A DNA stretch of 62,596 bases, the filler included, from Platydemus manokwari (Eukaryota), in NCBI GenBank assembly GCA_037951405.1. It is 5 parts of 5 records of this genome, joined end to end, with 100 filler letters (N's around TTAATTAATTAA, not from the genome) between each part and the next. Parts side by side here need not be neighbours in the genome. Positions count along the whole stretch, not along the records: positions 1 to 13,473 come from JBBMOY011714733.1; 4 more parts are not named here. The stretch is one strand, 5' to 3'. This document shows, one piece after another, positions 1 to 10,783 of this stretch (within the stretch, counting starts at the first letter, position 1; every line of letters begins with the position of its first letter). Under the pieces are notes generated by a model. That model was given only the letters and a program-made list of their open reading frames with translations, was not told the origin of the DNA and ran no database searches. The translations under genes were made by a program, and so were the position numbers.

Positions 1-266
1 AAATATAATTCACATTAAATTATCGTTAAATAATATATAGTATTATTTGAAATAATCAATAATTTACTCAAAATTATTAATATATACATGATACTATTAT
101 CTGTAAAATTTCACTTTTAAACAAAAAATTTGTTAAAACAAAATAAACTGCAGTTACTTTTTAAGTACTTGTTTTAAACTAATTCAATTTTGAAAATTTT
201 GAAATTTCTTTATTTTAAATGACATTTATTAAATTTATAATTCAGTAAGTATTTTCTATGTAATAC

Positions 267-860
267 ATGGAATTGCTTTGCTTCAAACATTGTGATTTCA
301 AAGTCCAAATCTATACGTCAGTGGATAACTTTTCTCGAAACAAAATATGTCCACTTTGTATGCAATCCATTGAAAGCTGTTTAATACCTCCATATGAAGT
401 AACATTATTACAAAATACAAACTCACACAATAGTGGTATTGCGATTAAACATGGAGGAAATTTTGAAAATTATTCCTTCTATTCCACAGTTCATTGCGGA
501 ATTATAGTTGACAAAAATGTCTTGGACTTTACAATCCGTGGTGTTTCGTGCACAGAGTGGAAAGACAGTATTATTATAGATTTGAAATATTTAAATAAGT
601 ACTTTAATCTGTGTATCTCTGATTCGATTTGGTTTGAAAAATGTTCTCTAAATTTGCGGAATACAGTTTGGAACTCTTCGAATTACAGAATCAATGATAA
701 TGATTGTCTAACATTTGTTGGAAATTTCCTGAATTTTGTCTATGGCACAAATTGTGATAGAAAAGAGTTGGGTGAACTTTTTAAACCATTCTTGATTGAA
801 GCTTTTCAGATAAGTTTTATACGCGAAAAGATTAAAAATGAATCGTTTTTTATCTTGTGA
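267..860 (+). CDS. MKRN2OS: MKRN2 opposite strand protein-like (DUF4796), intronless; permuted papain-like His/Cys fold
   Basis: 197-aa ORF with motif order matching recalled MKRN2OS: N-terminal F.HC...IY, CPLC, VHCGI, DF...GV...W..SI.I.L, W....Y....NDCLTF...FLN. Confidence 0.8.
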   Translation: MELLCFKHCDFKVQIYTSVDNFSRNKICPLCMQSIESCLIPPYEVTLLQNTNSHNSGIAIKHGGNFENYSFYSTVHCGIIVDKNVLDFTIRGVSCTEWKDSIIIDLKYLNKYFNLCISDSIWFEKCSLNLRNTVWNSSNYRINDNDCLTFVGNFLNFVYGTNCDRKELGELFKPFLIEAFQISFIREKIKNESFFIL

Positions 861-2329
861 ATTTTATGTAAATGTTTTATTTTTGTTATTGATGATTTAT
901 TTTTTATTAAATAATAACTACTTTTTATAGATGTTTATAATTAATTAATTTGTAATTAATTATAGATATTTATATAATTTAAGAAATTGAAGCATGTTGT
1001 GATTTTTTTTCAAAACATTGTGTGGTTATTTTTAAAAAAAATCAATTGTTAAATTTATTTAATTTAATCCATTTTTTTTATCATGGGATTTATTTACCCA
1101 TGTTTTTATTTTATTTATTTATTCATGTTCTAAAATTTATACTTTAAATGCATTGGTAAATACGGTCAATCAACATTAAACAGATGATGAATTTACGAAA
1201 CTTTAAATGCAGCAAATAAAAATAAAACTCGATAATACAAATGTTGTTGACCGAAATTAGTTTAACATCGAAAAAGAGTCACAAAATCAAATTTCAATTA
1301 AGCGAGATGTGCTAACTGATTATGTTAATAGTTTCTTTTGTCAGTGCGATAAGAAAAATGAATGGTCAATAATTCAATAGTTACTTTTAATAAATTATGA
1401 CAAATCCACTAATTATGATTATAACTATAAGGAATTTAATATGATAAAATTCCAAATGTCGAATAGAATGCAGTTTTTATTGATTTTACTGGCCATCGAC
1501 AGAAAATATGGTTATTCTTTAATAATTTACGACTTCATAATTGGATCGGATGTGTTGTGATTGTATTTTGACCATTTTGAATCGAACTGCTTATATATGT
1601 GTTGTTTTCTGCGTGTCCGTAGGCGTAATCTTTATTGTTAATATCAAGCTTTTGTTTTTAAGTTATTTATCAGTTACCTTCATATGCCATTTTAATTAAT
1701 CTATTATTTCATAACGATTTTCAATAGTAATATATAAATATTAAGCATTTATTTTTGTTATTGATACGAATAAAGATACTTCTTCGATGACAAAGATATT
1801 GTTAATAGTCAAATAATTAACTCCGCGTGCTTCCGGAATTGAAACCAAGTTCTCCATTTGATTGTTGAATTCTTGATGCATTAAAACAATTTTGATTTGT
1901 CGGCATTTGATTAATTAAGGTGAGGTGTTACAGTATTTTTGTTCGAATCATCATTAGATTTCCTATAACCCATGATATAATAAAATAAAGAGCATTGAGA
2001 AATTTAGAATTACATGTTAATGAATTGTGAGGTCGGATAAGACTACGAAGTACTTTGAATTTCTATCCGAATATATACAATATTCTAAAATAATATTAGT
2101 AAAACTAACAAGGCATAATGATTTGAAGAAGTTTGATTCTTTTGCTCCGAATAGCTTTTTCAGAGTTGTTTCCTCTGTATACAATACTGTCCCAATATCA
2201 ATCATAGTCCAGTCTATTCTTCCTGTTTTGTTATTATTATATTTTCGTATTAATATACAATTGTATTGAAAATTTATGATATAGATGCAATTATAGTATA
2301 TTCATTATCAGTGAATTGATATCAATGAA

Positions 2330-2886
2330 TATTAGGGTAACAATTTTTGTAACATCAACTGTATACTCAGTGTCTCATTTCGATTGTAAACATATTTGCG
2401 CAGAAATTCGATTATTGTCAGACCTGAGGATTTTTGAAGAGACCTACAGAGACTGATATCACTCAGTCGATGGAATTCAATTAGATGATGATTTTAAATT
2501 TAAATAAACAAGATATTCTCGATTATTCAAACCGTTAGATAGTTATAATTAGTTAGAAGCCTGTAATTGATGTTTCCACCAAGAATCTCACAACTAACTA
2601 TAAATAGTAACAACAAATGATAGAATACTTTTATTAATGATAATAGTAATTTACAATATACAACTATGGTTTTAAAAGTGACATGTGTTGTGACCTGAAG
2701 TGTTATATAAAAATCGATGGAGAGTCTAAATGGCTTCCTACCCCGAAATGTAAACTGAAGAGGATCACTAATTTAGACTTTCTGGAGTTTGCGGTTAATT
2801 ATTTTCTTTCTGATCTCCTACCGGAGATTGATGAAAAGTGTGGAATCCGGTCTTACCCGACACATCAAAATATGATACAAGCATAA
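2330..2886 (+). pseudogene. possible decayed ubiquitin-specific protease (C19)-like fragment
   Basis: About 2337-2378 reads GNNFCNINCIL then, after a 1-nt shift, (Q)CL, resembling the USP Cys box GNTCYMNSILQCL. A Cys-containing ORF follows at 2683-2886. Heavily disrupted. Confidence 0.25.
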
Positions 2887-3090
2887 ATATATATAAAAAT
2901 AAAAAGAATATTAAAAACATAAAAAATTAAATTTTGAAAATTCTTAGATCAGATAGAAAAAATAAAGTGAATAAAATTTCAAAATTTTCATAAAAAATTA
3001 TTTAAAAATAAATAAAGCAAAGGTTTTGTTTATCTATATCAAATTCTTTTGTTTAAACGACCTTAAGGTCAGGCAGATCAAAAGAAAGAA

Positions 3091-3245
3091 ATAATTTCAA
3101 AAATCTATTTTTAGTAACCACGTCAGTACTAAAAATAGTGTAGGTCAATTTAGCAACTCAAGTAGCTAAAAACAGAAAGGTGTTGCTAAATTTAGACATG
3201 ACGTCTAGAGAGCTCCTAAATTTGGAAACAAAAGAGGACAAAAAA
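3091..3245 (+). repeat. dispersed repeat, copy A (inverted relative to 33365-33518)
   Basis: tttcaaaaatc.atttttagta...tactaaaaat.gtgtaggtcaatttagcaac...tgttgctaaatttagacatg is shared with the reverse complement of about 33365-33518. It has an internal tttagcaac/gttgctaaa palindrome. Confidence 0.8.
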
Positions 3246-4079
3246 TCAACACACTGATGCAACGCATTCTACCTACAAAATCAATATATAAGGACAAGCA
3301 AATTCAGTTTGATTGCACTTTATTATACGCGCTTTATTCAATTCGTTTTCAAAAGTTTACTCTCGATTCAAATTTTATTATTTCGAAGAAAAATTCAGAC
3401 GAAGCAATTATTGTCAAGAAACTATTAACGAAGAATTCAAGCGCATCCAGTTTTATCTATTTATTAATCACAAAGCATTCCTACGAATCGGTTTTATTCG
3501 AACGACTCCGTTTTATTGTTCAAAAAAGTACAGCGAAACGTTTCCATTTTATTTCAATTTTTGAATTTGGCTATCTACATTGTTGCAACTATGATGAGTA
3601 AAATTTTATGTTTTTATTACGCGCCCACAGGTATTTCAATAGCTGTGTGGTTGTTCTAAATTTATTAGGATCTACTTTATTATCTCTCACCTTCTTTTTT
3701 AACCACAGGGGTGTCTTGCCAACTAGTTGGGCATATCTGACTGTTCTCCTGAAGGGTCTAGCCGTCCACAATATAATTGTATCTAGAAGTGTATGTTAAA
3801 ATCAGATTTATTTTATTGTATTCGTTTATTTAATAATTTATTTTCATATTTTTCCGGATAAGCTCGTATTTTACCTATTTATTTTTGTCTTAACTATTAC
3901 TTTTATTATAAGAGGATGATTCGAACATTTCTTACGTATCTGATTCGAGCAAGATTTGGGAACATCTGATTTGGGAACAAAATAGCCTAAGTATATTTAT
4001 AGTTAACTTATAACACCAGAATTCTAATCCGATTTCATTTCGTTATTATATCCTACCTTCATAAGACCCCAACATAAGC

Positions 4080-4520
4080 GATCTTCAGGTACATTGAAAT
4101 ATTGTGTACTACCATGAATCAAAAATTAATATTGGTACTTTCATCAAGAGCTAGTAAAGAAGCCACAATATTTTTTAGAATTTTATTGTAACTGAGCTTG
4201 AATATTTTTTCCAATGTAATCCATTGTTTGAGTAATTGTCATTTTTGATATACTTTTTTCACTAAATGCATATTTCTGATCAAATGTCTACTACATCTGG
4301 TGTACATTGTTTAACAAACTCAAGGTTCGCGTTTTATAGATTTCTTGAGCTATCACATAGCTGGCTAACACTGATTCTTTATTCCGTGCTAATATGTAAT
4401 CAAAACATTATTATGTGTAGATATTTGTTTCTGAAGCTTTAACAATTTTCCTGTTCTTGTTTTTTCAATCGTAAGTCGTACCAACTAAGATTTGTGTTGT
4501 AATGTTCCCTCATTCATAAT
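4080..4520 (-). mobile_element. hAT (Buster/SPIN/GTF2IRD2-type) transposase remnant
   Basis: Minus-strand fragments ASYVIAQEI, EFVKQC, IGKNIQAQL and LLALDESTNI (first catalytic D motif), broken by frameshifts. Confidence 0.7.
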
Positions 4521-4664
4521 AAATGCAATGTGGTTACAATTTATACATACAATTAATATTATTATTCTGAATTACAATAACAATTAAATTTTAGAGTTAA
4601 TTAAAAAATTTAATTTAATTTAACTTAACTAACAGTGATTTAGTTTGTGCGAAACAATCTTAAC

Positions 4665-4742
4665 CAGTGTTCTTCAAAAAGAGGGGGCACCAAAAAATTT
4701 GGACTCGTAAAGTGGTCTCAACACAAAGTGTGAAGACCAATT
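4665..4742. mobile_element. short hAT-type MITE
   Basis: Ends cagtgttcttca...tgaagaccaatt, flanked by a near-identical 8-bp TSD atcttaac/atctaaac. Confidence 0.5.
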
Positions 4743-5081
4743 ATCTAAACAACCACTGTGTGTAGCAATAGTATTTAAACAAACGTTGATTAAATATTAT
4801 TATTACAATTATCATTTTATCGTTAATTTAATTTATCGGTAAATACTTTTATTAAACAAGTTTTATCGCAGTCGATAAAAATTACGTAATAATAATATTT
4901 ATTTATTTGACCCTGATATAAAAGAATATATATCACATAATGAACGTAACCAAAAATTTGAATAAAATATATAATTAAATTTTATAAATTAATTAATAGT
5001 GATTGGTGAATTAAAGATATACAAATATTAATTGATCAATATATATTTACATCTGAATATAAGAAATGGATATTTATTATC

Positions 5082-5773
5082 TTAATTCTTCTTATCGGTT
5101 TTAGTTAATTGCTTTAAAATGATATTTTTAGGATCCATATTACATGTTGCATTAAAATCTGGACTTAGATTTTCGTTACTCATATCTGATTTTGGTGATT
5201 TCTTATGATGGTGATGTCTTTTATGATCTGATTTCATTTCTTTAAGCTTTGGCTTGCAATTTAGCTTTGAAGAACTGGTTTTCAGTATGTCCTCGGGTTT
5301 AGTTGCCAAATTGCTATTAGTTAATGATAGATAATCCTTTTTTAAATTTAAAGTCCTTAAATCAGGTTTACCAGATATTTTTTCTAAACTATCGCTAAAT
5401 ATTGAGGTTATATTTTTTACAAAATTTGTGACTTTAGTTGTTTTAATTTGGAAACCACTTGATGGATTCTCGATTTGTGGCATTGATTCATCTAGTTTCA
5501 GAGGACACCATATTTTCTTTGGCACTTCTAATTCCAAGTCAGGAGGAAATAAATGCATATATGGATAATTGACAATAACCCAAGCTTGACACTGTTGTCT
5601 TATATCATTATTAGATGTTTGAGTTTTTTTCACAATAATTGGTAAAATATCTATTTCTTTTAAATCAATGCCTTCCTTTGTGGAATTGTTGAAGCTTGTA
5701 TTTTGAACCTTTTCTGATAAATCCTCATTTTGCTTCCTGAATATTAACCATCTAGAAGACATGATCCATTCAC
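5082..5773 (-). CDS. terminal coding exon of an uncharacterised gene (Lys/Ser-rich C-terminus with His run)
   Basis: Open frame of about 230 codons starting right after a ttttag acceptor (exon start 5773). Further short GT-AG-bounded segments lie upstream (5850-6230), but the 5' structure is unresolved. Confidence 0.55.
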
Positions 5774-6299
5774 CTAAAACAACTCAAGTTTCTCGAAAAC
5801 AACTGATATAAATAAGGATTAAATAAGATATTGTAAATCCATTTAATGATTACTTGTAAAATGTAGTTGACAAATAAAAGGTTTCCTCTAAATAAATGAC
5901 GGCTATTACTATTCATTAAATAAGTTGGTTAGATTTATATCAGAAATGATTAATGTTATATATCTGATAAACTAAAATTTTAGAGTGAATATCAAATATT
6001 TTCATCCAACTTTGTGTACACTAATATCAGTACATGTATTATTTTAAGGCTTAATTTTAGTTATTTTAGTTATTTACTCTTAGTGATTTCTTTATTTTCT
6101 CTACACGATTATCATACTTATTCTAATTTCCATTTCTTAATTTGAGATTCAAAGCTTTTCCTATTTTTGAGTTGAATAATTCTGATTCATAGGTTTTTCT
6201 AGTTAATAGTAGAAGTCCAGTGAATGAAAACATGATGAAATTAAAAAATTTATATTTCAGTCACATTGAGATCCCAATCGAGACCGGTGGAAAAAAATT

Positions 6300-6661
6300 T
6301 AGTGAAATATGATGTTGATAAAAATATTGTAAAATAATTTCAAGATTTAGCTAAGAGAGATCCAAGTTTCAAGGCCTCTCTAAATTGGGTCCACAGGTTC
6401 ATAAAGAGACATGGCCTAAGCCTAAGGTAGAAGACAAAAATCGCTTCGGACCTTGATAACAAAGTAATTTCTGATTGAATTGCAGAAAATGTAATTGTCT
6501 GAAATAAAATTTTATTCACAAAAAATCTTAATTTTTTAACAGAAAAATTTGAAAACTTATGGGAGCGTTATACTTGGGTTTGTCAAAAAATACCAGTTTT
6601 TAAATTTAAAGTAGGGGGAGCATTATACTTGGGTTGGCATTATACTTAGGTGATTACGGTA
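6300..6661 (+). mobile_element. pogo/Tigger-type transposon remnant with right terminus
   Basis: About 6365-6450 translates FKASLNWVHRFIKRHGLSLR*KTKIA (CENP-B-type HTH). Subterminal gc.ttatacttggg repeats and a terminal ...gattacggta follow. Confidence 0.7.
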
Positions 6662-7890
6662 TCTTAAATTTAAAAATTTACCATTTTTATAATTAATTTT
6701 AAAATATTTATAATATTATAAATCAGGTTACAATTAACTTTATATTTTGACAAAAAAACTAAATCATCGGATACATACGTAAAAGCGATATCAGTATATG
6801 TTGTTTATAGGGTGTATTTGAGAGACAGTATAGTCTTCTACATCTTTTAATAAAGTTTTATGTGTGATCATGGTCGTGGTTTCGAAGTTCACCTCGCCAT
6901 GGAGAAAACCATGTGTTAAAAATCATTTATAGGCTGTAGAATTAATAATACTTTTGCATTTAATTTTTAGATCAGAGAAAATTCCCTAGAAGATGGGTTT
7001 TGCTAATGTTTGTTATTATTTCCTATTCTTATAGATTTTAGCACAAATTTTCGATGAACTGCGATTGAGAATTTTGAAGAATATTCACAGCGAACCAATG
7101 GGTTCAAGTTCTATTCGGATTGGACTAAAGCAAAATGAATTGTACGACGAAAAATTATTCTCCACTGACTACCAGTTAAGAAAGAGAAATATCTTTCTTA
7201 TCTAATAAATCTTTACAACTTCTTTTAAGTTTCAGAAGAAAGACTGAAAACATTTTTGCTATATAATGTTATCGTATAGATAGTTCTTTACTTATCGATA
7301 ATATTCATTCTACTATTTTTCAATGAATATTGTTATATATGCGAAATATAACTAAATAGGTGCTGAATTAAAACAAAATGAAATAATAATGTTTATTTGA
7401 ATAAAACAATAAATTTAAAGAACGGAATCTATTTTGAAAGGGGTAGCGTAGTGCGAACGCACTTCAGCACCCTAAAACATGAAAATATAATGTAAAATAA
7501 AATATTACCAACATACTTATGGTGTAATGAATTTAAACAAAAATTTTGTGTAATTTTATCCAATATTTTTCAAATATTTTTTAGTTGATAATATGTACAT
7601 CATATAATAATAATAATAAATTATAATATAATTATTATTTTTAATTAATTATCTAATTCAGCCAAACTCATCTATCATAGTCACAGCTCAATTTTTAATC
7701 CATTATTAACTGAATTTCTATAAGCTTTCGTACTCCAACGCGATTTGTCCTGACGGCAATAATGCGTCAAACCCTTCGGGCTTTGTGTGAATTATTAGCC
7801 ATAATAAAGTAATCCAGGGTTATGGATTCATTGATGAATTGGTCTCTAAATGAGTATATAAACGGATAGCTATTTTCTATATTTCTTTTA

Positions 7891-7948
7891 GTCCTATCTG
7901 TCTCTGGTCCGAAGCACTGATGAGTCCCATGGAACACCGAAATAGGAC
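7891..7948 (+). ncRNA. hammerhead ribozyme-like motif, type III topology (stems I and II imperfect)
   Basis: Stem III gtcctat(7891-7897)/ataggac(7942-7948) is perfectly complementary. AUC cleavage triplet ends at C7898; CUGAUGA at 7917-7923; GAAA at 7939-7942. Stem I tgtctc/gaagca is imperfect and stem II gtcc-cat-gga-acacc is irregular. Confidence 0.6.
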
Positions 7949-8899
7949 ACTATACGAGCCATAAAACCATCATCACCATTGCAGATATCATTCTTGAAGG
8001 CTCCGAGAGATAAACAAGCCCTTTATGTCTCAGAACCCGGTTACTTATAAGCACTGCGGAGGGCCGCAATGATACTAAATTTCAGCAAAAGGTAAAATTA
8101 TTTATTTATTTATATTTCGACCACTTAACATTATAAACAACTAAAAATTGAATTCTAAGAATAGTTTCTCAATTTTATTATCGTCATTTAAAATTAATAA
8201 TAATATTGAAATTATTTGTCAATTTATTTTTTTTAATGCACAGAAAATTTAATTAATTAATGTGATTAGAAAACCAAATTTAAATTTATAACTAAACTCA
8301 GGAAATGCCGTCAATTAATCAATATCAATAATAAATCTTAATCGATTCTAATTATTAAGTTAATTATTATTGTATTTAAAGGTGGACAATGGAAAAATTA
8401 TTAAAAGAAATATTTAACAATTCATTTGCTATTATATTTGAGAAAACATCCGTTGTGTTTTCAATGAACCATAATAAATAATTGAAGCGTGAATAGAACA
8501 TTAACAAATGGATATCAGAATGCATTATAAAAAACAATGGTTTCGTTCCATTATGTATCAACAGATCAGATTTTTATATGTTGATTATAGGTGTTGATTA
8601 TATATTATCAAGATATTTCTGATGATTTAAATATCCTAATTTAGTGAATCTATTATTCATTGATCATTAAATTAATGAAAATAAACGAAAATCGTAAAAT
8701 CTTAATAGCTTATATGTCATATTTTAAAATACCATAATAAATTTTTAAAAATAAATTCTAAATTTGATGTTAATATTTATAACCAAGTATTACCATGTAT
8801 AATTGATAATTGTTTTAATATATTAAATTTTATTGTGCTATCAATATTTACCAGCGCTGAATGACAAACTTATAATTCGAAATTACAATATCATACAAA

Positions 8900-9900
8900 A
8901 GACTGAATAGTCAAACGACCATGGTGCGGAATCACACTCCCAATAATCAAATCAATAATCAAAACTCAACGGGATCAGAACCCGAAATTTATACAGCGTC
9001 AAAGATAACAACCATAAAAACTAGTTTCTAGCAAATCATATAAAAGTCGCGACAGGTAATAGTTCATCAAGAAAGACTAGCGGATGCTAGTAAGATTCAA
9101 CTCATTTTATACGCCTATCATGTGTGTTCACTTGATGTCTCAAGGCTTTACTTTTCATTCACCACGGTTTATTAGAAAAATCTGAATGTTTGGTGCCAAT
9201 TGTTGGTGTGCATCAATTGATTTTGGAGTTATACATATGGATATTATCTGGAAAGCATCTGAATCTTATCGAATTTGTGCATTTTCAATTATAATCATTT
9301 GAAGGTTATTTTGCCCGTTTTTATAACACACTCAACAACTGGAACACGTAACTGGTATTCTCATTTCCTAAATAGATAGATAAGAGCAATCATTGCATTT
9401 TTTAAAACTAATATCCTAATATTATTTACATCATTTAAGAAAATCTCAAAATTTAAGTGATCCCATAAAAATTGATTCAGAATTATTGATATTCTATTAT
9501 TTTCAATCCACAATTCACAAGTTTGAATTTTTCAAGTAGACTGATATTTCATTTCTTCGCTTCTCAAAACAAATTGAACGAAATTGTCTGAAATCAGATT
9601 TATTAAATCAACACAAATCATCATCAATGATAATTATAATAACTCGATAAAGAGAAAAATAATTTTAATTTTGTCCACAAAGTTTCTGGATTATTCAGAT
9701 ATTCCAGAAATATTTTTCTATTCAGCCGAACGCTTTATTACTAAATAAGTGCCTCTTCAACTTGTAGTGTAATCTAAAATAAATCATTTCCAAACACATA
9801 CTTTCAGAGTAGAATCTATGATGGGTGTTATGATGACACTTATTTTAGTTCATCTCTTATTACTGCAAGTTATTTAACTAAGGAATTGCTATTTTTTCTG
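8900..9900 (-). mobile_element. Penelope-like retroelement remnant (decayed RT plus terminal-repeat-like segment)
   Basis: Minus-strand traces TPIIDST, SRNFVDKIK and MGSL. The 8960-9160 segment resembles 19130-19320 (gggatcag..ccc.aa, aagact.gc, caac.c.ttttata..cc.atc, cttgat.tc) and carries a minus-strand TATAAAA. Confidence 0.4.
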
Positions 9901-10117
9901 AATCCAACTTTACTGTACTATTTCTGAATAGGCTTATTAATATTTGTTGATAATAACCATTAAAAATGCTTGACATAACCTCATCTTAAAACTAAATTAA
10001 TATTTACCAGGACAGGTGATGAAATAACTAATGTTGAGGCTTTATAGTATAAATGTGCTATTGTTTGCATAAATGCTAGGTTTCTTAAACATGTTTAAAT
10101 TTTATTATCATTTATGC

Positions 10118-10222
10118 CAGGGGTGTCCAACCGGTCGATCTTCAAGCCAATTTTAGTCTATCGCGTGAGATCTTATTCAAATGAAAAGTCGATCTTAGGT
10201 ACACAAAAGTTGACCACCTCTG
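10118..10222. mobile_element. hAT-type MITE
   Basis: Terminal inverted repeats caggggtgtccaac ... gttgaccacctctg with internal gtcgatc repeats. No clear TSD. Confidence 0.55.
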
Positions 10223-10783
10223 TTATAGTACATACCACATACCTGGTATAATAATAATCGCTTTAACTTTTAAGTTATTTTAAATGCAAAAAATTGATAT
10301 TCTATTAAATATCTCACGCTATTGATGAATATTGTATCATACTGATCAGTTGAAAATGAGAATATTCGACCCATTATCAAATCATGGTAATATAATCAAT
10401 TATAAAGTTTTAACCTCTAATAAGTACAAATTTCGTTTAAAAATTTCATAAATTAATTTAATGCATTGCAATCACATTTATTTGGGTCCTAGATTTTATA
10501 ATAATTCTGAAAATATCCAATAATCCAATTCATGCGGTATTCTTCTAAGTTGATTACAAATATTTTGCAACACTGTTTCAATAAATATTATTTTTAATTC
10601 AAATTACAAATTAGGATGTTAAAAAAAATCATGTAATTATTATTACCTTAATTAATATGTTTAGTTTCGTTTTTTTATTTTTATTATTATAAAATCTAAT
10701 AAGAAATTAAATATATTTCAATATTAGAACATACAATATTTAGATGTCACCAGAAGTTTCATCCCATAAAATATTTTTTATTT

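Noticed and set aside
7750-7785. Second hammerhead-like core (ctgacg-gca-ataa-tgc-gtcaaa-cccttcggg)
   Set aside because: Lacks the exact CUGANGA and GAAA boxes and has no stem I; better read as simple hairpins.
8030-8050. cagaacccggttacttat resembling RNase P CR-V
   Set aside because: No matching CR-I (GGAAnnUC) or P4 partner found upstream.
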